This document shows, in pieces, positions 16,371 to 24,748 of a DNA stretch of 33,294 bases (position 1 is its first letter; each line of letters starts with the position of its first letter). Origin of the DNA: an uncultured Spirochaetaceae bacterium (GTDB lineage Bacteria; Spirochaetota; Spirochaetia; B11-G9); the NCBI GenBank assembly GCA_964434925.1, contig CAYSXD010000002.1:1-33294 (forward strand), read 5' to 3'. Both the position numbers and the translations under genes were made by a program. The notes under the pieces are model-generated. The model was not told the origin of the DNA, did no database searches, and saw nothing but the letters and a program-made list of their open reading frames with translations.

Positions 16371-17406
16371 AAGGCCGGTTTTTGTGGTAAATAAAATATT
16401 TACTGTTGGCCCCAATAAAACCAGAGTTGTTTTTTCTGACAAAAAATTTTGCCTTACAAATAAAAATAAAACGTTGTATGTATTTGATTCAAATACATAC
16501 GAAATTTTTAAATCTGTAAAACAGAGCACCAGTGTTATTCTCCCTCCTGGTGAAAGAAATAAAAACTGGTCTGGTATTGATAGTATAGTTAAGGCGGCAC
16601 TTGAGTCAGGATGTACGCGGGACAGTTATTTTATGGGTGTAGGTGGCGGAGTTGTCTGTGATCTAACCGGATTTGCTGCGTCTCTCTATATGCGGGGAGC
16701 AGGACTTATTCTGGTCCCGACTACATTGCTGGCAATGACTGATGCTGCGCTTGGTGGGAAAACCGGATTTGACTATCAGGGCTATAAAAATATGCTTGGT
16801 TCTTTTTATCCGGCTGAAGAAGTGAGAATATGTTCGGACGTTTTGAAATCGTTGTCTGATAAAGAATTCAAAAGTGGTATGGCAGAGGTTATAAAGCATG
16901 CTCTGTTGATGGATTCAGGACTGCTGACGTTCATAATCAAAAAAAATAAGTCAATTTTAGATCGGGATCCTCAAACTATGGCTGAACTAATTGAACGTTC
17001 CCTCAAAATTAAAGGTTATTATGTGGAACGGGATTTTATGGAACATGGGATTCGGGCCCATCTGAATTTTGGCCATACATTCGGTCATGCCCTTGAATCC
17101 GTCACAGGATTTAAAGAAGTTACCCATGGGGAGGCAGTTATATGGGGAATCCATATGGCACTCACTGCCGGTGTTCTCCTTGGCGAAACAGATCCCGGTT
17201 GGTTGGAAGAGGTAAAAACGGTAATTGATCTGTATGGGTATCAGACAGATTTCCACAGAGGGATGGATACAGACTCTCTTATCGCCGCAATGTCCCGGGA
17301 TAAAAAAAAGAAAAACGGTGAAGTAATATTTATTCTCCAGCAATCGAAAGGGAAAACGTTTGCCTCACCGCTAAGCAAAGAAGTACTTAAAAAAGTTCTT
17401 ACATAA
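16363..17406 (+). CDS. aroB: 3-dehydroquinate synthase
   Basis: GERNKNW...GVGGGVVCDLTGFAASLYMRGAGLILVPTTLLAMTDAALGGKTGFD...AEVIKHALL...LNFGHTFGHALE...HGEAV is the DHQS pattern. The TTG start at 16363 is uncertain; GTG 16384 is possible. Confidence 0.85.
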   Translation: MVKRPVFVVNKIFTVGPNKTRVVFSDKKFCLTNKNKTLYVFDSNTYEIFKSVKQSTSVILPPGERNKNWSGIDSIVKAALESGCTRDSYFMGVGGGVVCDLTGFAASLYMRGAGLILVPTTLLAMTDAALGGKTGFDYQGYKNMLGSFYPAEEVRICSDVLKSLSDKEFKSGMAEVIKHALLMDSGLLTFIIKKNKSILDRDPQTMAELIERSLKIKGYYVERDFMEHGIRAHLNFGHTFGHALESVTGFKEVTHGEAVIWGIHMALTAGVLLGETDPGWLEEVKTVIDLYGYQTDFHRGMDTDSLIAAMSRDKKKKNGEVIFILQQSKGKTFASPLSKEVLKKVLT

Positions 17407-17442
17407 AAATACTGTTATTAACAACCGGTTCCTGACAGCTAT

Positions 17443-19929
17443 CTATTTCTCAAAAATATTTGTCAATGTACGGTAGAGTGTGTTTACTTTGTTTCTGTAC
17501 TGTTCGTTTTTGGAACTGCTCAGGTCTTCTGCAAGAATATCGAGAGATGCCAGGGAGTGTTCAACGGCACTAAAAAAGTTTTTCCGCCCCCTAAACCAGT
17601 AATTTCCCTGGAAATCAGTTTCCAGGGAAATGAAAAAGAGTATTTTACCGGATTTTTTTCCTTCTGTAAGAGTGAGTATGGAAGAGAGCTCCGAATGAAA
17701 AGAGTTTAAATCTCCGTGAATGGAATATCTTCTTTTTTTATTTCTTTTTTTTAGTAAATCTTTTTCCGGATGGAGATAGGGCAGAATTTTTATAATATTT
17801 TGCAATCTGTCTCCGGGATGAATTTCATAATTCCTGTAGGTAAGTGAAGTGCGAATATTTTGATAACTCTGAAGTTTTCCGGATGAAAGAGAATAACGGA
17901 TTGGTTTTATTCTCTCCCAGGGGAGCACTACTATTTTCTTTTTCCCTTTATTTTTTATTATTTCAAAATATTCATTACCAATTTTTATTTTATTCGATGA
18001 GTCTGCTTCCGATAACTGTCCCGGGTTCTTTATTCTACTCTTTTCGGTTCTAAAAAAAGATTCAAGTACGGGAGATATATCTTTCAGCCAATTCTCATTG
18101 ATAATTGCAACAGAACGGGCAAACATTCTGGAAGTTCTGACTATTTCTCCTGCAACAATATATTGTGGAGATTCACGGAACATGACTGATCCAGGGTGGA
18201 TATGTATTTTATTTGTTGTTAAACTTTTATATACTCCTCTTCCGGTTTTTTTACAGACAAAATGAACAAGACCGGATGAAATAGAACATATATAGTGTTT
18301 TTGCCCTCCGCCCCCCGTAGAGGGAATTTTCAAATCGAAAATAATTTCATCAATTTGATTTTTAATATTTATAATCTCATCAAGTGTTTTTTTATCGAGA
18401 AAATAGGTTTTACAGAAAGCCTCACGGGTTTCTTCTGTCTCTCTTATTACATAATCGTTATAGAGATTCAGGTAGGCATTAAAATCTCCATACGGGCTGC
18501 TGAATGTATGATGTCCTTTACGCGCTTCTATTTCTTTTCCCATTGGCAGGAAATAAGGACTACGAGTGGAGAGAAAAGAAACGGCAATGATAACTTCATT
18601 CAGAACATCAGGATATCTGGTAATTGCTTCGACAAGAATCTTTGAGTGTCGCGGAAGCAGAGGGAAAGCAACCATCATTGTTCCTGTTGCTGTAAGTGCG
18701 TTTTTCTGATCAAGTGCATTTAAAAGATGAAGTGTCTCGACGGCGCTTCTTAATCCCTGCTTTCCCGGGGGTGAGATAAAATCAAAAGATTCAAAGTCGG
18801 AAATAAGAAGATCGGCCATCTGCAGGACAACCTCTGAGAGATCAGTCCGGTATATTTCTTCTTTTGTGTACAGAGGTCTGTCATCATAATCCTTTTTGCC
18901 GTAAATACGATAACAAGTCCCGGGGGCTGTTCTTCCTGCACGGCCTTTCCTCTGGTTACACGATGCTTTTGAGATAGGTCCTTCTATTAGAGACGAGGTA
19001 TATGTTTTTGGGTTATAATAGTTTGCTTTTGCAAGTCCCGAATCAATAACTGTTGTAATACCTTCAATGGTTACACTTGTTTCGGCAATATTCGTTGCAA
19101 CAACAACTTTTATTTTTCTGGCAGGGGTAGGTATAAAAATACGTTCCTGCTCCTCTTTCGAAAGTCTTCCGTAAAGGGGAAGTAAAAAAAGTTTTCTGCT
19201 TGCCCTGCTTTTTTCAAGATAGAAGATACAATCTTTTATGAGCTTCTCTCCGGGAAGAAAAATAAGGATATCTCCGGGATTTTTTTTCCCTGCCTGATTA
19301 ATTACAATATCTCCAATTTTTTCAATAATACAGTCATAGTTGCGTTCATCGGTAAGTTTTATAAAGATTGTTTGAACAGGAAACATTTTTGTTTCTATAT
19401 GAATAATCTCACAATGATCGAAATATTCAGCAAATATTTCTGCATTAATAGTCGCGGAGGAAATAATAACTTTAAAATCTTTACGTAGAAGTAGAATCTT
19501 TTTTAATAATCCAAGTATAAAATCAATATTTAAACTTCGTTCGTGAGCTTCGTCAACAATAATTACCGAATACTTTGAAAGTAACCGGTCCGTTTTAAGC
19601 TCCTGTAAAAGTATTCCGTCTGTCATTATTTTTATTTTTGTTTCAAAATCAGTAGTATCTTCGAAACGCATTTTATAAGCTGCAAAGTGAGGTGCTTTTT
19701 CAGGAAGCTGTTTTTTAATATAATCGCATACGGAGAGAGTTGCGATTCGACGTGGTTGTGTAACACCAATAATTCCTTTTTCTGAATATCCTGCTTCATG
19801 GAGAATAAGTGGAAGTTGTGTTGTTTTTCCTGAACCGGTGGGACTCTCTACCACAAGGACCTGATTATTTTCAAGTTTTTCGATTATTTTATTTTTTTCT
19901 TTGTAAACCGGAAGATCGGAAGGTATCAT
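17443..19929 (-). CDS. hrpA: DEAH-box ATP-dependent RNA helicase, HrpA-like
   Basis: ESPTGSGKTTQLP, TQPRRIA, MTDGILL, VDEAHERSLNIDF, SATI, TNIAETSVTI and QRKGRAGR motifs. 828 aa with a C-terminal extension of about 200 aa and unknown function. Confidence 0.9.
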   Translation of the reverse strand: MIPSDLPVYKEKNKIIEKLENNQVLVVESPTGSGKTTQLPLILHEAGYSEKGIIGVTQPRRIATLSVCDYIKKQLPEKAPHFAAYKMRFEDTTDFETKIKIMTDGILLQELKTDRLLSKYSVIIVDEAHERSLNIDFILGLLKKILLLRKDFKVIISSATINAEIFAEYFDHCEIIHIETKMFPVQTIFIKLTDERNYDCIIEKIGDIVINQAGKKNPGDILIFLPGEKLIKDCIFYLEKSRASRKLFLLPLYGRLSKEEQERIFIPTPARKIKVVVATNIAETSVTIEGITTVIDSGLAKANYYNPKTYTSSLIEGPISKASCNQRKGRAGRTAPGTCYRIYGKKDYDDRPLYTKEEIYRTDLSEVVLQMADLLISDFESFDFISPPGKQGLRSAVETLHLLNALDQKNALTATGTMMVAFPLLPRHSKILVEAITRYPDVLNEVIIAVSFLSTRSPYFLPMGKEIEARKGHHTFSSPYGDFNAYLNLYNDYVIRETEETREAFCKTYFLDKKTLDEIINIKNQIDEIIFDLKIPSTGGGGQKHYICSISSGLVHFVCKKTGRGVYKSLTTNKIHIHPGSVMFRESPQYIVAGEIVRTSRMFARSVAIINENWLKDISPVLESFFRTEKSRIKNPGQLSEADSSNKIKIGNEYFEIIKNKGKKKIVVLPWERIKPIRYSLSSGKLQSYQNIRTSLTYRNYEIHPGDRLQNIIKILPYLHPEKDLLKKRNKKRRYSIHGDLNSFHSELSSILTLTEGKKSGKILFFISLETDFQGNYWFRGRKNFFSAVEHSLASLDILAEDLSSSKNEQYRNKVNTLYRTLTNIFEK

Positions 19930-19936
19930 TGTGTTA

Positions 19937-21238
19937 TTATTCTCTCAAATTTTTGCATGTTTGAACAGCCTCATCAAAAGAAATCATTTCAAAATTATTT
20001 CTGCCTTTCAGATCTTTAAGGGTGAATTTACCTGCTTGTATTTCATTTTCTCCAAGAAATACAGCGATGGGGATCCCTTTTTTTTCCGCGTAGCTGAATT
20101 GGGAGGAGAGTTTCTTTTTCGTAAAATAAATTTCACAGGAAACGCCATTGTTTCGGAACCTGTCAGCAAGAGCGTGATAGTCTTTTTCATTTTTACTATC
20201 CATGCAGAGGATAATGCAGTCTGTTGTACCACTATTGCCTGAAAGGAGTTTTAATTCTTCCAAACCCGCTATAAGCCTGTCAAGACCGATTGAGGATCCC
20301 ACTCCCGGTAGATTTTGTTTTGTATACAGTGAAGCGAGATCGTTATACCGCCCACCCGAACAGACAGATCCGATCGAAGGAAGTTCTGTCAAAAAAGTTT
20401 CAAAAACAATTCCCGTATAATAATCAAGGCCACGGGTTATAGTCGGATCAAGTATAAAATATTTTTCAAGGCCAAGATATTCTATGTAGGAAAAGATTTC
20501 ACGAAGCCGCTCTGTGTCCGAAGAAATCCCTCCGGAGAGATTAGTCATTTTATCCAGAGTTTTTAGAAAAGATCCTTCAGGTTCAATAAACTCAAGAATT
20601 TTCCCGGTTGCTTTATCCGATACTACTGCTGAAAGGAGTTCCTGTAATTTTTGTTTGCCTATTTTTCCGATTTTATCTACACTCCGCATTATTTCAACGG
20701 ATTTTTCCGAAATACCAAGTTTATCAAGAAAACGGTTGAACACTCCTCTGTGAGAAATATGAATTGTTATGTCTGCAATACCTAATTTTAAAAATGAATG
20801 ATGCATAAGGAGCAGTATCTCGAAATCAGCGGAACTGTTATCTATACCGACAATATCAAAATCACACTGAACAAACTCCCGATATCTGCCCCTTTGAGTG
20901 TTTTCTCCCCTCCATACTTTGTCAATATGATACCGTTTGAAGGGTAGATAGAGTTCATCGTAATGAGCTGCCATAAAACGAGCAAAGGGGACAGTCAGGT
21001 CAAAACGCATTGCAACTTCCCGTTTGCCTCTATCGGTAAATTCATACACCTGTCTGTCCGTTTCTCCGCCGCCTTTTCCCAGAAGAACTTTTTTGTATTC
21101 AAGAACCGGTGTATCGATTGGGCAAAAACCAAAACTTTCAAAAGTTTCTTCAAGAATCCTGGTTAGACGGAGTCTCTGTAGAGCCTGGGCGGGAAGAAAA
21201 TCCCTGAAACCTTTCAATACCTGTGGTTGTATCAACAT
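19937..21238 (-). CDS. hisS: histidine--tRNA ligase
   Basis: The N-terminus PQVLKGFRDFLP, class II motifs (FKRYHIDKVWRGENTQRGRYREFVQCDFD; GGGRYD-like SGGRYNDL) and a C-terminal anticodon-binding domain. Lies 7 nt upstream of hrpA. Confidence 0.95.
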   Translation of the reverse strand: MLIQPQVLKGFRDFLPAQALQRLRLTRILEETFESFGFCPIDTPVLEYKKVLLGKGGGETDRQVYEFTDRGKREVAMRFDLTVPFARFMAAHYDELYLPFKRYHIDKVWRGENTQRGRYREFVQCDFDIVGIDNSSADFEILLLMHHSFLKLGIADITIHISHRGVFNRFLDKLGISEKSVEIMRSVDKIGKIGKQKLQELLSAVVSDKATGKILEFIEPEGSFLKTLDKMTNLSGGISSDTERLREIFSYIEYLGLEKYFILDPTITRGLDYYTGIVFETFLTELPSIGSVCSGGRYNDLASLYTKQNLPGVGSSIGLDRLIAGLEELKLLSGNSGTTDCIILCMDSKNEKDYHALADRFRNNGVSCEIYFTKKKLSSQFSYAEKKGIPIAVFLGENEIQAGKFTLKDLKGRNNFEMISFDEAVQTCKNLRE

Positions 21239-21262
21239 CTAATTCTCCTTTGAGTAAGGATA

Positions 21263-21296
21263 CCTACTTGATTTTTTATCCTACTTAATTTTTAAT
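21263..21296. repeat. two tandem copies of a 17-bp unit in the hisS/pcnB divergent intergenic region
   Basis: CCTACTTGATTTTTTAT (21263-21279) and CCTACTTAATTTTTAAT (21280-21296) match at 15 of 17 positions. The repeat overlaps a possible pcnB promoter, TTGATT-N17-TTTAAT. Confidence 0.8.
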
Positions 21297-21337
21297 ATAG
21301 TAAAATAAACTATCATTTACTTCAAGAGAGAAAATAA

Positions 21338-22465
21338 TTGCTTATTAGATATGGATCGTTAAAGAATGGAAAGCGTGGCCCCATTGCTAAAATATATACC
21401 AAAGCGGACCATAAAATTGATAAAAATCTGATTGATGCCGAAGCTGTTCAAATTACGGAACGTTTGACTGCCCGCGGATATGACGCGTATATTGTCGGTG
21501 GTGCAGTGAGAGACATTCTTATTGGTCGCAAACCTAAGGACTTTGACATAGCGACCAGTGCTCTTCCAAAAGAAATAAAAAAAATATTCTGGAATGCAAG
21601 AATTATCGGTAGAAGATTCCGCCTGGTGCACATACATTTTTCACGAAAAATATTTGAGGTATCAACTTTTCGATCAGGAGAGGATGGCAAAAATAATGTA
21701 TATGGGACTATAGAAGATGACGTCAAACGCAGGGACTTTTCAATAAATGCCCTGTATTACGATACGCAAAATGAATATATTCTCGATTTTGTTGATGCGT
21801 ACAGGGATATGCAAAGGGGTAAATTACGATCACTGATTCCTCTTGATACAACTTTTGTAGAAGATCCTGTGCGAATGTTGCGGGGAGTTAAATATGCTGC
21901 TACGACGGGATTCAAAATTCCTTACAGGTTGAAAAGGAGTATACTGAAGTATAGGCATGAGCTTCAGCGATGCTCTTCTTCCCGGTTAACCGAAGAAATG
22001 CTGAAAGTTCTTCTTTCAGGAGCATCTGAAAAAATATTCGAGATGCTTATGGAGTATAAACTTCTTGATTTTTTACTGCCCGTTATTAACTCTCTTGTTT
22101 CAGGACAGACCGTTTCCGCGAAGCGTTTTTTAGAGAGTTTAGCCCGGAATGATCAGAATGTACTTCAGAAAAAAGAATCCCGCAGAGGGAGACTTCTTGC
22201 AGGGCTTGCAGAATCATTGATTATGTTTCCAAATGAATATGAAAATACGGCAACCTTGTTTCATGATATTTATAAAGAAATAAAGCATCTTATTTCACCT
22301 TTAACACCACCAAATCAGGAAGTTGAGATGGCGGTTGTAAAACTGTTCCGGAACGAGGGGCTTGTCCCTCCGAAAAATGCTGTGAGAAGACGCAGACCCA
22401 TTCCTGAAAAAACATCTGCTCCAAAGCAAAAGCATCATGAAATGAGTAGATATTTCAAGAAATAA
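21338..22465 (+). CDS. pcnB: poly(A) polymerase I-like class II nucleotidyltransferase (PcnB type, no HD domain)
   Basis: ERLTARGYDAYIVGGAVRDILIGRKPKDFDIATSALPKEIKKIFWNARIIGRRFRLVHIHFSRKIFEVSTFR closely parallels my recollection of the E. coli PcnB head (..[26 protein letters not shown].A.P...LF.N.RLVGRRFRLAHV.F....IEVATFR). Basic C-terminal tail. Apparent TTG start. Confidence 0.85.
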   Translation: MLIRYGSLKNGKRGPIAKIYTKADHKIDKNLIDAEAVQITERLTARGYDAYIVGGAVRDILIGRKPKDFDIATSALPKEIKKIFWNARIIGRRFRLVHIHFSRKIFEVSTFRSGEDGKNNVYGTIEDDVKRRDFSINALYYDTQNEYILDFVDAYRDMQRGKLRSLIPLDTTFVEDPVRMLRGVKYAATTGFKIPYRLKRSILKYRHELQRCSSSRLTEEMLKVLLSGASEKIFEMLMEYKLLDFLLPVINSLVSGQTVSAKRFLESLARNDQNVLQKKESRRGRLLAGLAESLIMFPNEYENTATLFHDIYKEIKHLISPLTPPNQEVEMAVVKLFRNEGLVPPKNAVRRRRPIPEKTSAPKQKHHEMSRYFKK

Positions 22466-22489
22466 TAACCCCTGAACCAGCAGATTGAA

Positions 22490-23683
22490 TTAACTCTTCG
22501 ATTTGACTCCGGCCATTCTGGAAGTAAGATCGTTTATTTTATCTTTATACGTATTTTTACCTGCAGAACTTATTGATTTTAAATAAAATTTTACGTCTTC
22601 AAATCTTTTATCTGCAAAAGCATTGACAGCAAGAGCATAGTATACTCTGTCTTTATCCGTTGAAATCTGGAGTGCCGTATTATAGTAATGCTCAGCCATT
22701 GAATAATCACTTCGGGCATAATTAATCAGACCAAGATAGTAATAAGGGATTTCTTTCAACTTATTGATACTTAAAGCAGCAATAAAATTCTTTTCCGCGC
22801 TTTCATAATTACCCTGTGAATATGCTGAGGTTCCGTCATTCAACAGATCATTGTATGTTTTAAGTGTCCCTACGTAGGAAATAAAATCTGATACAAATGT
22901 TTTTTTATTTACCCAGCTGAATGCTTTTGTAATAACCGCCGCTCCATTTTCCTGTTCGGTAGCTGTCTTTGAAAGTGAAGAGAGAGCGTCCCAGAGGATT
23001 CTGTTATAATCCGGATATGAGGTATTAAGAAGAAAATCAATGAGACCCCATGTTTGCGCGTAAAATGAATTTATAGTTTTATTTGCATTCGCAAGATTAA
23101 TGGTTAAAATAGTATCAATCGGAATGGTTTGTCTATCTTGAATAACCTTCCTGAGAGTAGGTATCCAGTCATAATTTTCTTTAAAAGAAACATTTTTGTC
23201 TTCCGTACTGTAACTGCAGTTTTCAAAATAGACGGCAAAACCATTCATGATCCAGAGAGGTGGATAGGGAATAAATGCTTTAAAATATTGTATGAATCCA
23301 TAATGTATGAAATCTTTTTTCATTTTTTCTTCGTTGGAAAGGAGATAAGCTACAAGTTCATTTTTTCCGGAATCTTTGTATTGGAGAAATACATAACTGC
23401 TGCTCGTCTCAGAAATTACAGATGTCAGGTATTTATCATAATCGTTCTTATTTCGATACAGTCTTACTTTAAGTTTCAAAGGCAGGTTTTTGGTATCAAA
23501 ATGGAGATATTTATTAAATAGGTTAAGGTATGAATCCATTACCGGGGTTAAATCTTCAGCAGTGGTTTTATCCACATCAGTAAACAAACGATAATATTTT
23601 GATTCATACATTTTTAAAGATTGTCCAAAAATTGATAAAGTAAGATAAATAGATAAAAACAGCAGCACACTTATTCTTTTCAT
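22490..23683 (-). CDS. secreted protein with a peptidase-MA-like (DUF1570-like) domain and C-terminal TPR repeats
   Basis: Signal peptide MKRISVLLFLSIYLTLSIFGQ; ATG 23683 follows AAGGAG. C-terminal TPR-like repeats (GNYESAEKNFIAALSIN..., YSMAEHYYNTALQIS...). The central region is discussed in findings. Confidence 0.75.
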   Translation of the reverse strand: MKRISVLLFLSIYLTLSIFGQSLKMYESKYYRLFTDVDKTTAEDLTPVMDSYLNLFNKYLHFDTKNLPLKLKVRLYRNKNDYDKYLTSVISETSSSYVFLQYKDSGKNELVAYLLSNEEKMKKDFIHYGFIQYFKAFIPYPPLWIMNGFAVYFENCSYSTEDKNVSFKENYDWIPTLRKVIQDRQTIPIDTILTINLANANKTINSFYAQTWGLIDFLLNTSYPDYNRILWDALSSLSKTATEQENGAAVITKAFSWVNKKTFVSDFISYVGTLKTYNDLLNDGTSAYSQGNYESAEKNFIAALSINKLKEIPYYYLGLINYARSDYSMAEHYYNTALQISTDKDRVYYALAVNAFADKRFEDVKFYLKSISSAGKNTYKDKINDLTSRMAGVKSKS

Positions 23684-23702
23684 ACAGTAACTCCTTGGTA
23701 AC

Positions 23703-23731
23703 AGCTTACGACCAACACGGGATTGTGTCAA
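23703..23731 (-). promoter_or_regulatory. candidate sigma-70 promoter for the TPR-protein gene
   Basis: On the - strand: perfect TTGACA (23731-23726), 17-nt spacer, TAAGCT (23708-23703), then AAGGAG and ATG. Confidence 0.3.
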
Positions 23732-23785
23732 ATATTTTATCTGTATCTTTATTCTCGGTAACAGGTTCTATAAAAAACATAAAAA

Positions 23786-24679
23786 TTATGAGAGCTGATC
23801 AACTTTAATACTAACCCGCGAGAGTGAAACCCCCGAGTAACGTTCTATATTATCAATAATATAGTCCTGAAGGTTGTGTATTGTCCCTGCTAACTGAATA
23901 CCATAGGGAATGTGAATAATAATTTTTAGTTTATATCCTTCAGGCGTATTACTCATATTAATTTTTTGTACGGAAATCGTATCATCAAACTCATCAATAC
24001 AGTGTATAACCATCTGGGTAAGAGCAGGTTCCGAAAGTGATATACGCCCACGATCACTGAATTCCGGGCGGACAATAGATTTTTCAAAAAATTTGTTGTT
24101 TTTTTTAAGTGAAAAACGTTTTTTTAAAAAAACCTTTACTGAATCATATACAAACCGGGGGTATGTTCTGTGTATTTCAATCACCGGAACCGGGATAACA
24201 TGTTTTCCCTCCACGTAACGTGAATGAATGGCTGTCTTAATCTCTTCTTTACTGGCAAGGTTTTCTATAAGAAGAATTTTAGATGGAGGAGGGAGTTCAA
24301 GCCTTTTGGAAATCTTTCTTACCATCCGCTCAGAAGTGCCTATGATAAGTACTCTCTTGAAATTTTGTTTACGAATATGAGTTACAACACTTTTTCTGTG
24401 TACCGGATCATCGAATAGGGCGGTTTTTACCGCACCAAGAAAATTTTTTTCTTTCTTGGCAGACTTACCGGCAAGGATTTTTTGCCCGTGTATTAAAAGG
24501 CCGTCATCAATAATAAGTTCTATTCCATATTTCTGTGCAACGAGTTTTGCCCGGAAACTTTTTCCCGTACCTGCCTTCCCTACAAGAGCAAATACTTTAA
24601 TACCTTTGAAAAACCAGGTAACGGTATGTAAAAACTTGAACATACTGTCAATACTATACTTTGCATTTTCCTTATTCAA
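23786..24679 (-). CDS. P-loop NTPase fused to a C-terminal Asp23/Gls24-like domain (hypothetical)
   Basis: Walker A VGKAGTGKSF near residue 35 and a possible Walker B LIIDDG. The last roughly 90 aa (ISLSEPALTQMVIHCIDEF...IHIPYGIQLAGTIHNLQDYIIDNIERYSGVSLSRVSIKVDQL) follow the Asp23 alkaline-shock-protein pattern. Confidence 0.7.
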   Translation of the reverse strand: MNKENAKYSIDSMFKFLHTVTWFFKGIKVFALVGKAGTGKSFRAKLVAQKYGIELIIDDGLLIHGQKILAGKSAKKEKNFLGAVKTALFDDPVHRKSVVTHIRKQNFKRVLIIGTSERMVRKISKRLELPPPSKILLIENLASKEEIKTAIHSRYVEGKHVIPVPVIEIHRTYPRFVYDSVKVFLKKRFSLKKNNKFFEKSIVRPEFSDRGRISLSEPALTQMVIHCIDEFDDTISVQKINMSNTPEGYKLKIIIHIPYGIQLAGTIHNLQDYIIDNIERYSGVSLSRVSIKVDQLS

Positions 24680-24748
24680 TAGGACTTGACAAAATAAGAG
24701 TCAATAGTGGAAACTACAGACTAGTCTAACATATTAAAAGAGAATTTC

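Noticed and set aside
17423-17430. AACCGGTT palindrome between convergent aroB and hrpA, as a terminator
   Set aside because: It is an 8-bp self-complementary sequence with no loop and no flanking T-run, so it cannot form a terminator hairpin.
23568-23576. Perfect DnaA box TTATCCACA
   Set aside because: It is a single copy inside a coding region with no cluster of boxes, no AT-rich unwinding element and no dnaA/dnaN context. One chance occurrence in a window this size is not surprising.
24686-24727. Perfect TTGACA and the 10-bp palindrome AGACTAGTCT upstream of the membrane-protein/rnf block, as a promoter/operator
   Set aside because: No acceptable -10 hexamer lies 16-19 nt downstream of the TTGACA, so I could not support a promoter call. 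The palindrome is short and could be chance.
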